Positions 1 to 38,600 of a stretch of 64,000 nt of DNA are shown here, piece by piece. The stretch is from the NCBI GenBank assembly GCA_002269645.1, contig NIVC01001827.1, forward strand, positions 248,001-312,000. The letters run 5' to 3'. The stretch comes from Macrostomum lignano. Lineage: Eukaryota. Positions within the stretch are counted from its first letter, which is position 1, and every line of letters begins with the position of its first letter. Made by a program: the position numbers and the translations under genes. The notes under the pieces are model-generated. The model was given only the letters and a program-made list of their open reading frames with translations. It was not told the DNA's origin and did not search any database.

Positions 1-329
1 TCTTTCCTCACCTTTGCCTCGTTGTTGACGCCTCTCGCAGCGCCAGCTGACTCGCCGCCTTGACTGACAGCTTCTGAACAGGCATCCCTCAAAAATCTTT
101 ACCTGGAAGCAGAAACTCTCGGCTCCTCCCGGGGTTCTGTTTGTGCCAATTTTTTCCCACTTTCTTTTCTTTTCATTCCTTCGTTTCGTTGCGTTTGCGG
201 CGTAGTGCGCGTCCAAAAAATCTCCGGTGTTGCTTTTGTTTATCTCTCGGTTCGCTCCGGCTTTAGAATTCTTTTATTACGGATGGACTTTCAGGACATG
301 TAGCCATGCTAATAAATTTTGAAGAGAAC

Positions 330-880
330 AATAGCAATCCGGCCCTCGGGTCCTTTGAAACTTCACAGTGGCAATCCGGCCCGCTCAAGGTTTGTCTCTG
401 CTCAGCTGTTTTCTCTCCCTATTTTCTTCTTTCTTTTCTCTCTCTCCTCTCTCCTCCCATCTCCTCTTCTCTCTCCTCTCATCTCATCTCCTCTCTCCTC
501 TCCTCTCCTCCCCTTCTCTCATCTCCTTTTTTCTCTCCCTCTCGTCTCTCCTCTCTTTTCTCTCTCTTCTCTCACATCGCATCTTTCATCTCGCCTCTCT
601 CTCTTCTCTCCTCTCTCTTCTCTCTCTCCTCTCTACTCTCTCTTCTCCTCTCTCCTCCCATCTTCTCTTCTCTCTCCTCTCCTCTCATCTCCTCTCTCCT
701 CTCCTCTCCTCCCCTTCTCTCATCTCCTTTTTTCTCTCCCTCTCGTCTCTCCTCTCTTATCTCTCTCTTCTCTCACATCGCATCTTTCATCTCGCCTCTC
801 TCTCTTCTCTCCTCTCTTCTGTTATCTCTTATCTCCTCTTCTTTCACACTCTCTCTCCTTTCCACTCCCATCTGGCCAGG
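330..880. mobile_element. hAT-like non-autonomous element fragment with internal CT-rich expansion, copy 1
   Basis: ATCCGGCCCTCGGGTCCTTTGAAACTTCAC...GGTTTGTCTCTGCTCAGCT before the CT tract and CTCCTTTCCACTC.CATCTGG after it, both shared with the 16.1-17.5 kb copy. Confidence 0.65.
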
Positions 881-1270
881 ATGCTTTATCTGGCTACAAC
901 CTCCTAGGCTCTGGGAAAAGCTTCCTTTTTATTTTTTCCGTCAACACTCACTGTCATCTGCTATAATAAGTAGTATAGTAAGCACTTTGCCTTCAATAGT
1001 TAGTCTACATTTTACTTTCTTAGCTATTATTATCGATATTATAGCAATCACTGGCGCCTGTCCCAGACTGTCCAAAACAAAAAACAAAACTTTCGTAGAG
1101 GCAGGAGCAGAAATTTCCATTTCCTAATTACATCCGGTTTATAATGAAGAGCCCATTACAGTCACACTAATTATATTAAGTATGGGGTGGCTTCAGCTAT
1201 CTCCAGGACACGGCATTGTGGAAATGATTCAACGACCGCCAAACGTTAAGGAACTCTGTTTTCAACCGGA

Positions 1271-1830
1271 ACCCCTGGCACCCAATACCCCTGAACTGGC
1301 ACCCAATACCCCTGAACTGGCACCCAATACCCCTGAACTGGCACCCAATACCCCTGAACTGGCACCCACTACCCCTGAACTGGCACCCAATACCCCTGAA
1401 CTGGCACCCAATACCCCTGAACTGGAACCCAATACCCCTGAACTGGCACCCAATACCCCTGAACTGGCACCCAATACCCCTGAACTGGCACCCAATACCC
1501 CTGAACTGGCACCCATGATCCCTGAACTGGCACCCATGATCCCTGAACTGGCACCCATGATCCCTGAACTGGAGCCCATGATCCCTGAACTGGCACCCAA
1601 TACCCCAGAACTGGCACCCATGATCCCTGAACTGGCACCCAATACCCCAGAACTGGCACCCATGATCCCTGAACTGGCACCCATGATCCCTGAACTGGCA
1701 CCCATGATCCCTGAACTGGAGCCCATGATCCCTGAACTGGCACCCATGATCCCTGAACTGGCACCCATGATCCCTGAACTGGAGCCCATGATCCCTGAAC
1801 TGGAGCCCATGATAACTGAACTGGCGCCAA
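1271..1830. repeat. 21-bp minisatellite (CTGGCACCCAATACCCCTGAA, with variant CTGGCACCCATGATCCCTGAA spreading at the 3' side)
   Basis: Direct inspection; about 26 units. Confidence 0.95.
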
Positions 1831-2019
1831 AGTTACATCAAAACCAGCACCAGTACCCCTAAACTGGTACCAAAAAAACTGACCCCAATGACCTCAGTAT
1901 GGGTACGTACATGTAATCACGGCTGTGGTATCCGTGACCAGCCACAGTATTATACCTATAAGCTGCTGTGTTGCTGTGTGATCCTAGTAATAAAAAAATT
2001 GATGACACCTGCCCTAATG

Positions 2020-2288
2020 GGCAGATGTGCAACCGACAGCTCAGCCGCAGCTATTGCGCGGCGCATCTGAAGGCTGCGTACGGCTGTTCAGTCCAAGCAC
2101 TGGGGGGGTCGTCACACACCCTCGATAACCCCAGCTAATGCTGGCACCCATTTTACAGCTGAGTGAACTGAAGCAATGCAGAGTTAAGTGTCTTGCTCAA
2201 GGACACAAATTGTTCGAGTACGTGGATCGAGAATCGAACCCCCGACCTTTCAGTCGGTTAGTCCGACGCTCTAACCACTAGGCTACAA
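2020..2288 (-). mobile_element. tRNA-derived CORE-like SINE family 1, copy 1
   Basis: A-box/B-box head (TAGCCTAGTGGTTAGA...GGTTCGATTC) followed by GTGTCCTTGAGCAAGACACTTAA...CAGCTGTAAAATGGG, resembling the MIR/CORE domain. Shared with the copies at 8578 and 60795. Confidence 0.85.
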
Positions 2289-2861
2289 CCCCCCCCCCCT
2301 AGACTAAGGGTGTAAAGTATAGCTTGGGACTTAGCGAAATCGAAGTTTTTCGAAAGTAACCTACGCTCGAAGTTACCATTTAGCTCAGCGCGACAGACAC
2401 ATTGTTGGTAGCTAGCAGGTGATTTAGGCTGCATAAGTTGATAAGTGGATTTTTATTACTAATCATAGCTGACTGGCAACTGGCTGACTAGCGACTGGCT
2501 TCTCAACCGCCGATAAACAAAAAGGAAGGAAGCGATAAAAGTACATTTGACTGAGTACCCAATGCTAACTGTGCCGGTAAGAGAAAATTTGCTCAACTAT
2601 CGATTCGGGTTCGAGTTGGCGGGCTCGTTTCGTGGGATTCTTTCGGCAGGTCGCGCCGCACTTGTTGAGCACACTTGAGCACTAGACTGCTGCTGTAGAG
2701 TGGGATGGGGGGCAATTGGTACCGACTCTTAGCAACTCCTTCATCGGCTGAAATCTCTGCAGAATTGGGACTGGGCGAGTGAAACTGCGAATGAAGCTGA
2801 AAATTTTGACTGGCAGGGCGCCGGTGATGGCTCCTCTTATCTGCTGATTTGTATAAATTGA

Positions 2862-3167
2862 GTGAGACAGGCAGGGTGAGACAGGCAGGGTGAGACAGGC
2901 GGGGTGAGACAGGCGGGGTGAGACAGGCAGGGTGAGACAGGCAGGGTGAGACAGGCAGGGTGAGACAGGCAGGGTGAGACAGGCAGGGTGAGACAGGCAG
3001 GGTGAGACAGGCAGGGTGAGACAGGCAGGGTGAGACAGGCAGGGTGAGACAGGCAGGGTGAGACAGGCAGGGTGAGACAGGCAGGGTGAGACAGGCAGGG
3101 TGAGACAGGCAGGGTGAGACAGGCAGGGTGAGACAGGCAGGGTGAGACAGGCAGGGTGAGACAGGCA
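2862..3167. repeat. 15-bp minisatellite GTGAGACAGGCAGGG
   Basis: About 20 near-perfect units. Confidence 0.95.
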
Positions 3168-3915
3168 AGGGGGAGGCGGCCTAAGACAGCTTTTAGCATT
3201 TCCCCCGCAATGGGCGCAGAGCTGCGAGAGTCTTCCGTGCAATTTCTGCTTGGCGAAGCTCCATCATTTCTCTTTGCGAGGCAATTTCCAGCCAAGCAAA
3301 ACTTTACAAAGCCAGCGTCTGTCAAAGCAGAATTTTTATAGGTAAAATTTTAAAAGCCCACGTAGAAGCGCTGGAAGGGAGACTGGCCTCGAGAAATTGA
3401 TGGAGAGCTGAGCAGAATGCAGAAAAACTGACAGGCCAGAGACGAGCAGCCGGATCAGCGCAAATAGGGAAGCCAATTAAAAGTGAGAACTGAAGCAATT
3501 GATTGGCATTTGCGCACAGCTAGGGAGCCTCAGAACCCGGCCGGATTTCAGCGGGCAGAGATGAGGTGCCAAAATTCGTCAACTTCTGTCACCCACCCTG
3601 CTCAGTGCGGGCCTCGCTCAAGGCTTGCGGTGGAAAGTTGCATGCATTTTTTGCCTCGATATTTTGTCCTGAGAAGGCCACCGAGAATGAAGAGGGGATT
3701 TTGGCCGGGCAGCAGCGGGGCTGCTGTGTCGAAAATTGCACTCTGGGGCCGACTAGCTGCGGCGACTAAAAGTGCACGGAGGGGACGGCAGCGGCAATGG
3801 TAGCGGGGGAGACAGATGAAGGGTGGGCCCGGGAGGGGTGTACAAACAATGGGGAGGTGAGGCGATCCGCGAGGTGAGTTAGAAAAATGCAGGCAGCTCC
3901 ACCCACCATCTCTTC

Positions 3916-3947
<32 letters not shown>

Positions 3948-3986
3948 TGTGCCAGCGAGCTCAGTTGGTAATCGATCGATTGCCTA

Positions 3987-4870
<884 letters not shown>

Positions 4871-5207
4871 AGCCTGTTCTATTCAGTCACTTCCCGCAGA
4901 GAAACTTCCTCAGTCCCCGCGCGGCCCAATGAGACAGGCAGGGCCTCATTGGTAACTGGCCCTAGCAACCAATGTCAGCCTTGGCCGTACTGGGCTGGGC
5001 AGCGGCGGCAGTCGCAGGGCTGAGGAATGAACTAATACGGAGTGAAAAGCGCGCAGTCCCGTTGCATTCGGAACAGAGGCCTGCAAAGTAGGAGCGCTCA
5101 AAGCAGGAGCAGGCAAACTTTGCAAACCAGCCGGCAAAACAAGGTTGAACGGCCCGCGCGGGTAATGCGGCAGGTAGCGGCGAGCTCTGGCTGCCAGCAG
5201 AACGATC

Positions 5208-29439
<24,232 letters not shown>

Positions 29440-30739
29440 TTTCACAACTGTTGAATCTCCACGTTGCGTGAAGCCCCACCCCGCCCCACCGATTTTGTGA
29501 GCACGTGACTGTCGGGCCTCAGGATTAAGCAAAGAATCCATTAGCGAACTTCCTGGTTGCTATACAGGTCGAATAGCTGAAACGCGTACACTACTCACGG
29601 CGCGCACTTCTGCACGCTAACGCCTGTCTGTCAGCTCTCTCGGGTTAGTATGTTTGAAATAAATAAAAATTCATAATTCAATGCTCTACTTTTCTCCCCT
29701 TCTACACTGCATGTAAATGTTGGCCTGTTGTTGTGTGATTCTTGCTGTTCAAACTTCCTCAGCCCAACAGCCAGCCTGCGGCATTAAGATTATATTCTCC
29801 TCATCAATAATCCACATGCAGATCTTCTTAAAGCGCCTGTCCCTCTCGGATTATATTTGCCGAGCTGCTCTTGCAACTTTGATTCTGGGTGCACCCATTT
29901 GTGCTGCATTGAGAATTTCGATTTCTTCAGCACAGTGCAGCACTGTAGGAGCACCATCACTTGCTATTTTTGAAGGCCTTCGTTTCATTGAGCTTAATGA
30001 GCTAGGAAATCCAGTTTATTAAATTATTGTTGTTAAACATTTATTTCATTCAAAATGTGACATTTTAAAAGAAGCAAGTCTCTTCTAGCTTGGGGCAATC
30101 TTTGTTGCAGTTCTCGTAATCACATTATTGAACAGGTCGGCTCTGCGTTCTTAAATCAATATTTTATCGTTTATTTCCATATATATTACTCTAATCAGTG
30201 TGTAGCAATTGTACGCAGTATTTTTGGCACAGGAGGCGCACTTCAAATACTCCAAGTGTGTGTTACTGTGTGTACAATGTTTTGATGGACATAAATAAGC
30301 TTCTTGCGTATTTTTTGGTCCGAACTGCGGTATTGCAGATCCTGATACACTATTATATACACACGACTCCACATATTTTAGATACAATTGTACACTGTTA
30401 TATTGTATGAAATTTCTCTTAACTCAAGCGCAGTCGCTACAGTACTATAGTTCACAGCTGTTAATAATTGTGAAAATCATTGATCTAAAGAATATTTAAT
30501 AGACTCAATTCTATGTTCTCCCCCCATCTTCTAAAAAATCTGTCATCTTTTTCTGTTTAAAACTGATGGAGCGTAAAGGCAGAGAAGGATAAAAAACAAT
30601 GTATCCGATATATGCGACGTACTAAATATATGAGCATGACTATAAGAAGATTGACCTTAAAAATACCATAATGACCCTCTCGTATGGTGACCTTTATATT
30701 CATATGCGAAGCAGATGAACAGTATGCCACTGATGACGC

Positions 30740-31550
30740 TGTATCCAGGATTCGGGTTTGAGGGTAACTAACACTGCATCTACGATTCGGGTCTAAGGGT
30801 AGCTGACACTGCATCCAGGATTCGGGTTTGAGGGTAACTAACACTGCATCTACGATTCGGGGCTGAGGGTAGCTGACACTGCATCCAGGATTCGGGTTTG
30901 AGGGTAACTGACACTGCATCCAGGATTCGGGTTTGAGGGTAACTGACACTGCATCCAGGATTCGGGTTTGAGGGTAACTGACACTGCATCCAGGATTCGG
31001 GTTTGAGGGTAACTGACACTGCATCTACGATTCGGGTCTAAGGGTAGCTGACACTGCATCCAGGATTCGGGTTTGAGGGTAACTAACACTGCATCTACGA
31101 TTCGGGGCTGAGGGTAGCTGACACTGCATCCAGGATTCGGGTTTGAGGGTAACTGACACTGCATCCAGGATTCGGGTTTGAGGGTAACTGACACTGCATC
31201 CAGGATTCAGGTTTGAGGGTAACTGACACTGCATCTACGATTCGGGTCTAAGGGTAGCTGACACTGCATCCAGGATTCGGGTTTGAGGGTAACTGACACT
31301 GCATCTACGATTCGGGGCTGAGGGTAGCTGATACTGCATCCAGGATTCGGGTTTGAGGGTAACTGACACTGCATCAGGTAGACGTATTCAGGTGCGAGGG
31401 TAACTGACACTGCATCAGGTAGACATATTCAGGTGCGAGGGTAACTGACACTGCATCAGGTAGACGTATTCAGGTGCGAGGGTAACTGACACTGCATCAG
31501 GTAGACGTATTCAGGTGCGAGGGTAACTGACACTGCATCAGGTAGACGTA
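30740..31550. repeat. 35-bp minisatellite (TCCAGGATTCGGGTTTGAGGGTAACTGACACTGCA) with a distinct variant block at the right end
   Basis: Direct inspection. Confidence 0.96.
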
Positions 31551-32605
31551 TTCAGATGCAGATGTAAGAGTACAGACGAGGTGCCGCAGACACAGACAGA
31601 CACTGAGGCGCAGCAAGAGACGAAATAAACAAGTGTTTAAGTCACAACTGCAAAAGAATTATCCATATTTGTATGACGAAGCTTATGACGCAAAAACCGC
31701 AAAATAGAATATTTTTGCCGCAATTAATGCGATTTTCTTTAGACGCAGAACATTTTTGTATTTTTTATATCCTTTTCAGTTGCAAATATAGAACAGTAAA
31801 TAAAGTATATTGATTAATTTGATTAATGGAGCGCGTTGTTATTATAAAATAGATTGGAAATATTTCAGATGGGTACGGGTCAGGCAGTGCTACACTATTA
31901 GCAGTCTAGAAACGCTGGCTATTTGATACGAGTATAACTATTATTTTTACAAAAAATTGGAGCGCTAACTACTTGAAGTAGAGTCCGAGAATGATGGGAA
32001 ATACTGGTATTATGAACCCGAATATGCAAAAAGTTCGACTTGAGGTGCCTATTGATGAATTGAATTATTTATGAACAAAGAACACTGCTAAACAATAGTT
32101 TATTAATCAAAATTAATAAAAGGATGAACAAATCGATACAAAAATGCGATTAAGCAGTAATTTTAAATGTTAATTAGGCGTTTGTCAACGTTAAAAAGCA
32201 TCATTAACTATGCTGCTTTACATATTTCTCATTAGCAATGATAATATTAAGTAGTTGTTTACTTTACTCTAAACAGTTTAAATTCGTGCCAATACCCGGA
32301 ATTTCGCCAATAATAAACGACTTACTAAATATGGATTCTCCTGGATTCTGTTAATTCCTACGTCGGATCTATTTTTAGCCACTATTTAGATCAGATTTAC
32401 AAAACTAAAACATAACAATTGCCATCAGGACTAAAGTACGTTAAAACTTAAGGAGCAAAGCGATAAAATGAGCTGCGAAGTTAAACAAAATAACAAGGAA
32501 AACAAACAAATGTTGAATGAAAAGCTCTTACGCACTCATCAGATACGGTCCATAAACACGCAGTTCATTGTCAATTGGATACCGGATTGTAAACTAAAAC
32601 TTTTT

Positions 32606-35600
32606 TTAGTCATTCTTAGGCTCGTTCTGCTGGTTCGGCGACGAAGGGCTGTATGTGGGCGAAGACGGACTGTAAGTCGGCGAACTCGGACTGTAAGTTG
32701 GTGATGTCGGACTGTAGGTCGGCGAAGTCGGGCTGTATGTTGGTGACGTCGGACTGTAGGTCGGCGAAGTCGGACTGTACGTCGGGGATGTCGGACTGTA
32801 CGTAGGCGACGTCGGGCTGTAAGTCGGAGAAGTCGGACTGTATGTCGGTGATGTCGGACTGTAGGTCGGTGACGTCGGGCTGTAGGTCGGCGAAGTCGGA
32901 CTGTAGGTCGGCGACGTTGGGCTGTAGGTTGGTGACGTCGGACTATAAGTCGGTGACGTCGGGCTGTAGGTCGGCGAAGTCGGACTGTAAGTAGGCGATG
33001 TTGGGCTGTATGTTGGCGAGGTCGGGCTGTAAGTTGGTGACGTCGGACTGTAAGTTGGCGATGTCGGGCTGTAGGTCGGAGAAGTCGGACTGTAGGTTGG
33101 CGATGTCGGACTGTATGTTGGCGACGTCGGGCTGTAAGTCGGAGAAGTCGGACTGTATGATGGCGAAGTCGGACTGTAAGCAGGTGAAGTCGGACTGTAT
33201 GATGGCGACGTCGGACTGTAAGACGGCGATGTAGGGCTGTAGGAAGGCGACGTCGGACTGTAAGATGGTGAAGTCGGACTGTAAGACGGCGATGTCGGGC
33301 TGTAAGAAGGCGACGTCGGACTGTAAGACGGCGACGTTGGGCTGTAAGACGGCGACGTCGGACTGTAAGAAGGCGACGTCGGACTGTACGAAGGAGATGT
33401 CGGACTGTACGAAGGCGAGCTGGGAGAGCCAGTACTCGGACTGTAGCGCGGCGATGTCGGACTGTACACTGGAGAGGTGGGCGCGTAGCCAGGCGAGGTG
33501 GGGCTGTAGCCGGGACTCGAGCCGTCCGGACTGTAGCCGGGACTCTGCGGCGTGGCCGGGCTGGGCGGCATGAAGCCGGGCGAAGCCGGACTGTAGGGCG
33601 GGCTGAATTCGCCGACGCCCATATAGGCTCCGTCGGGCGTCTTGGGACTGAACGCGGCGCCAGGTGAGAACGGTGACATCCCGCCGCCGGCGACATGCCG
33701 GCTTCGGAGGCTCCGGCCGGTGAGAAGCCGCCAGCTGGCGTCATGCCAGGCGTGATGGCCGGAGACCAGGCGCCGGCGTATGGCGTTGCCCCGCTGTTCC
33801 ACGGCGTGGCATGCGGGGTGAATCCGCCGCCTGTTGGCGAAGCTGCGCCGCCGAAGATGATGCCGGTGGTGCCGAGCCCCGTGCCCATGGGGATCTCCAT
33901 GGCGAATCGACACTGCTCGTGATCCAACAGCAGGTCGAAGCAGCCGGTGCCGATGCGGGCTAGCTGGCCAAGCATAATATTCTCGCTGACGCCCTTCACC
34001 GGGTCAACCTCGGCAGAGCTGGCCGCCTCCATCAGGATGTCGACAGTCTCTTCAAAGGAGCAGCGGGCCAGAGCGCCGGTGTCCTGCCTGTTGATGCCGT
34101 GCCGGGTGATGGCCATCAGATGGCCCTTGACAGTCATGATGTCGCATAGCAAGGCCAGATGGCGATAATTAACGTAGCTGCCGTCAAAGCTGATCACGTG
34201 ATTCATCTCGCGCTCGATGGCCTTGCGAACGGCTTCGATGCCAAGAACTTCGAATATTTCCACGATGTCGTTGCTAACAGTGCGAACAGGGTCGACGTTG
34301 CGTTCGGCAAGCACCTGGAACAAAAGTTTATACACGGTGGATTTGATTGCGTGACAAGTAGCGTTTTCATCTATCCCTATTGTGAGCTTCCATATGCGGG
34401 TCAAAAATCGAGATTTTACTACTATTGAGTAGTAACGCTTGTATTATGAATAAATTAAGACGAACCTTCATCAGACAGGTGCCGTCAGTCTCCAGTATCC
34501 AGTCGGCAACATAATGATAGCTTCCGTCCTCATTGAACATAACCCGCTTCTTGCTGTCCTCCTTCGGCAGGTGCATGTACACCTTGGCGATTGACTCGAT
34601 GCCCTGCAGGGTCATATCGCTAAGCAGATTCTGCTCGATCAGCCGCAGGAAGGTCTGATCCTCCAGCTTGTCAACGCCTGTGGCGGCGGCCTCCTCTTCG
34701 TCGTCCTTCTCGCCATCCTGGCCCATGATTCGAATGCGCAGCACCAGCTTCTCCGAATTGTCGTCATTGAAGATGCAGCTGAGATCGTTGCCGAAGCTGG
34801 CCGACACTTTCTCAGCGATGCTCTCCATAGTGAGCTTCTTGTCCACCATCCGCTTCCTATCTAGCTCGATCCGCAGCATCCACGGGCTGGCCCGGGCAAC
34901 ATCAAAGTCGCCCAAATCGTAGTAGAGGCTGACCCAGTCGCGGTCCTCTTTGATGACGGTGTTCCGCGGATCCGGATCGTAGTAGATAGCCGTGTTGGCG
35001 ACAACCTTACGCAGAGTGGTGTGCTCCAGCCGGCACAGGACATCCTTAGCCTTCTCGGCATCGATAGCAGCTTGGCCAGTAAGAAACACCGTTAGGCTGG
35101 GCGTCTTCGGTCGCTTAGACACGTTGATAATCTCTTTAAGCCGGGGCACGCCCAGCGTGACGTTCTTGGCCGACACGCCGGCATAGTGGAAAGTGTTGAG
35201 CGTCATCTGCGTGGCCGGCTCGCCGAGAGACTGCGCAGCGAGGGCGCCGACCATCTCGCCAGGGTGCACGTGGGCGAGCTGGAATCGGGACTCGATCTCG
35301 CCTAGCAGCCATTCGAATGCTTCGGCACTGAGCCTGTGCTCCTCAATCACCTTCTTGCAGCACAGGGACGAGCGGATCAGGCAGGCCATCAGCAGCGTGG
35401 CGTTATTGTTAGCCTCCCGGCTAAGCTTGTCGTCGCCTTTCACAATGCACAACTGTTCGCAGAGGCCGCGGACGCCTTGGACAACCCGGGTTGGATGCAG
35501 ATCGGTAGGCCGGCGCACGTTTAGCTTGAATATCTTGGTGGCATTCCATATCAGGCGCTGTATGTTGCAGGGCAGCACTGTGCGCGCGTCGCCTCGAGGA

Positions 35601-38600
35601 AAAATTGCTCTCAGCTCTTTGCGATCTGCCTGCAGCTGATTCCACTCCGCTCAAGCTCCTGTTGGCAGTTGTTATCGTGTAATACTCGCCTCATCTGCTC
35701 CTCGGTCATGCAGCGGCGGAGCATTCGCTCGTTGCTCAAATCGAAACGGAAATTCCGTTCGAATGCCGGATTAGACGGCTTGATGATTGGCACGGCTTGG
35801 AACTCGACGTGACAGGCGTCCAGGCCGTCTTCGCCGTACCTCAGCTGGATGACCTGTTCGATCTGGTTGCGCACAGTATTGTCGTACTTGACCATCACAG
35901 ATTCCATGGCTTTGATCAAGCGACGCTGAATATAGCCAGTCTCGGCGGTTTTCACGGCCGTGTCAATCAAACCTTCGCGACCGCCCATGGCGTGAAAGTA
36001 GAATTCGGTGGGCGTCAAGCCTGCGGGGCGAGTGAATGCGTAAGATTATAACTTCAAGACTTTTAGAATTTCTATAGTTAATTAAGTTCCTATTAAACAC
36101 TTTATATTTGCCCCAAAGTGGTACGGGGGCCGTAGCCCAGAGGTCTAGCGCGGCGCTCTGGTGTGCCAGCGGGCCAGGCTCGATTCCAAGGGCAGTCACA
36201 TTAATTTGGGGCCAAATTGAACTCTTGGCTTAGCTTTGCTCGTGCAATTAACTCTTAAAGTGTACATGTCTAACGATAAATAAAGTTAGGGCTGTTGTAC
36301 ACTCCTGTGTGAGTCTGCGCTTGTGTAATGGTAAGGACCAGGTAATGAGGACTCATGGTTCGATTCCCCGTGCGACGACGGCAAAGACAAAGAGTTGTGT
36401 ACTGATTAGAAAGTCAGGGTAACTGTGCGAGTGCGTGCCGGCCTACACATTACACACAACTAAAACCACTCAGAACGGTGGCTCACCTGCCAGGTAGGAG
36501 TTCTCAACGAAGCCGCGAGACTCTGGCCCGTAGTCGTCTTTGATGAAGTGCGGCAGAGTCCGATGGCAGAAGCCGAACGGAATCCGTTTACCTTCGACGT
36601 TCTGCTGGCCTACGCAGGCGATAACCTGGGAGATGTTGATCTTGGAGCCTTTGGCGCCGGACACCACCATAGCGTTGAAGTTGTTGAACTCAGACAGAGA
36701 CTTCTGAGCGCAGCTGCCAGTCTTCTCTCGGGCATCGTTGAGTATCTTATTAACCATGTTCTCAAACGTCTGTCGAAGAGTATTGCCGGGCGTAGGCGTC
36801 AGCTCGTCGTGATGCGCCTGATTGATGACATCTTCCACATTCTCCTTCGCCTTCTTGATAGTCTCGCGAATGTCGCTGTAGGTCTTATTGTCCGCAATGG
36901 TGTCGCCTATGCCAATAGTGTGGCCCTCGATCAGCAGCCAGTTGTTTACTACAGTCTGGATTTCGCCATAGAACCGACCGGCGTCCATGTGGCTGCACTC
37001 CAGGGCGACAATGTGCACCAGAGAGCCAGCGGACGCGCCCAGCGACTTCTTGCACAGGATGCCGCTAAGCAGCTGGCCGTCCTCCACCAGAACCTTGGTG
37101 TCGCCCGGGCTGATCCATTTATAGGGCCCGTTGTCCTCCTCGTCCGGATGAGTGAAGTGCGTTCGTACGCAGTTAATCCTTGGCGGAATGATAAGGCTAA
37201 ACAGCTGCTTGCCAGTCCACAGTGGTTGAGGCTTCAGTATAGCAGGATTTGGCATCCGACCGTCCCAGCTGGGCAGGTACATTAGCAAGTTCATCATCTC
37301 GGCCCGAGTTATAAACACGTCGCGCTTAGTCATCTTCCTGACAGCGGTCAGGGTGTCCTGCACAATGCCCATTACCGGCCGGTTGCTCTGCGGCGTGATG
37401 ATCATGCGGGGCACAGTGGCAAGCTGGGCGATCTCGGCTTTGGTCTCCAGCGACTGCGGCATGTGCAAATTCATCTCGTCTCCATCGAAGTCGGCATTGT
37501 ACGGAGTGGTGACCGACAGGTTTAGGCGAAAGGTGGACCAGGGTAGCACCTGGGAAAATTAAGAAAGATTAGAGCTAACTTTAAAATTGTAAGAGCCAAG
37601 TTCATCAAGTGATACATGGACTTCACATATGTTGTATCAACAGTAGCATACATCGCATTTAATGCGCTTATTTGCATTTTGACGCAACGCATTCGGCCAC
37701 ATCTTCCCACAGCCAACTGTGAGGCACTTACTGTAAGTGCAAGCAGCGCTCCAATACTACGCTTACACAGGGTGTACACGGCGGCCCTGACTTTCAAATT
37801 GTCAGGCAATGCACCTTTGTCATATGAAATCTAATAACACTCCTAAATGAGGCGCAACTATCTACTTTCAACCGCCTACGAGTAGTATCAAGCAAATTCG
37901 TACAAACCTTGACCCGATGGCACATCATAGACATTTTGTGCAGAGTTGGCTGCCGATTAAACACAACATAATCATCGTCCATCATGTGACGCTCAACAAT
38001 GTAGCCAATTTGCAGAGTGAGATCGGCGGCCTTCGGATGGTAGCGCAGATCGATGCGATCGCCGTTGTCGCGAATGATGTACTTGGCGCCTGGATAGTGA
38101 TTGGCACCGTTGCGGACCAGCTCCTGAAGCCATTCAATGTTGAACGGGGTCACCACCTCCGGGAAGGTGAGGTTCAAAGCGATGGTTCGGGGCACGCCGA
38201 CCTGGTGAATGCCGATGTTCGGATCGGCAGTGATGACGGTACGACCGCTGAAGTCGACGCGTTTGCCCATCAGGTTGCCTCGGATCCGGCCCTCCTTGCC
38301 TTTCAGACGCTGTTTGACCGACTTGAGCGGTCGGCCAGACTTTTGAGTAGCCTTGGGCAGGCCAGGTATCTCATTGTCAATGAGGGTGGTGCAGTGATAC
38401 TGCAGCATCTTAGTGTCCTCCTGGATAATGTGAGCAGCCGCACCGCTCTGCTCATTCCGTCTCAACTGATTATTAGCTTTGATAATATCTGACAACTTGT
38501 GCGTCAGATCGTCCTGATTTTTGGCGGCTCCGTGCATCACTACGGCCGGCCGAACCGGAAGCGGCGGCACGGGCAGCACGGTGGTGATCATCCAGTCGGG

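Noticed and set aside
1182-1862. 226-aa ORF with PELAPNT repeats as a mucin-like protein
   Set aside because: The frame is open because the 21-bp unit has no stop, and both strands are open. No signal peptide or splice support.
2593-2860. Possible minus-strand terminal exon (SADKRSHHRR...RIDS*)
   Set aside because: No recognisable domain or partner exon within the window.
36124-36200. tRNA gene
   Set aside because: tRNA-like head continues into a repeated body shared with 10608, so it is a SINE; no complete cloverleaf.
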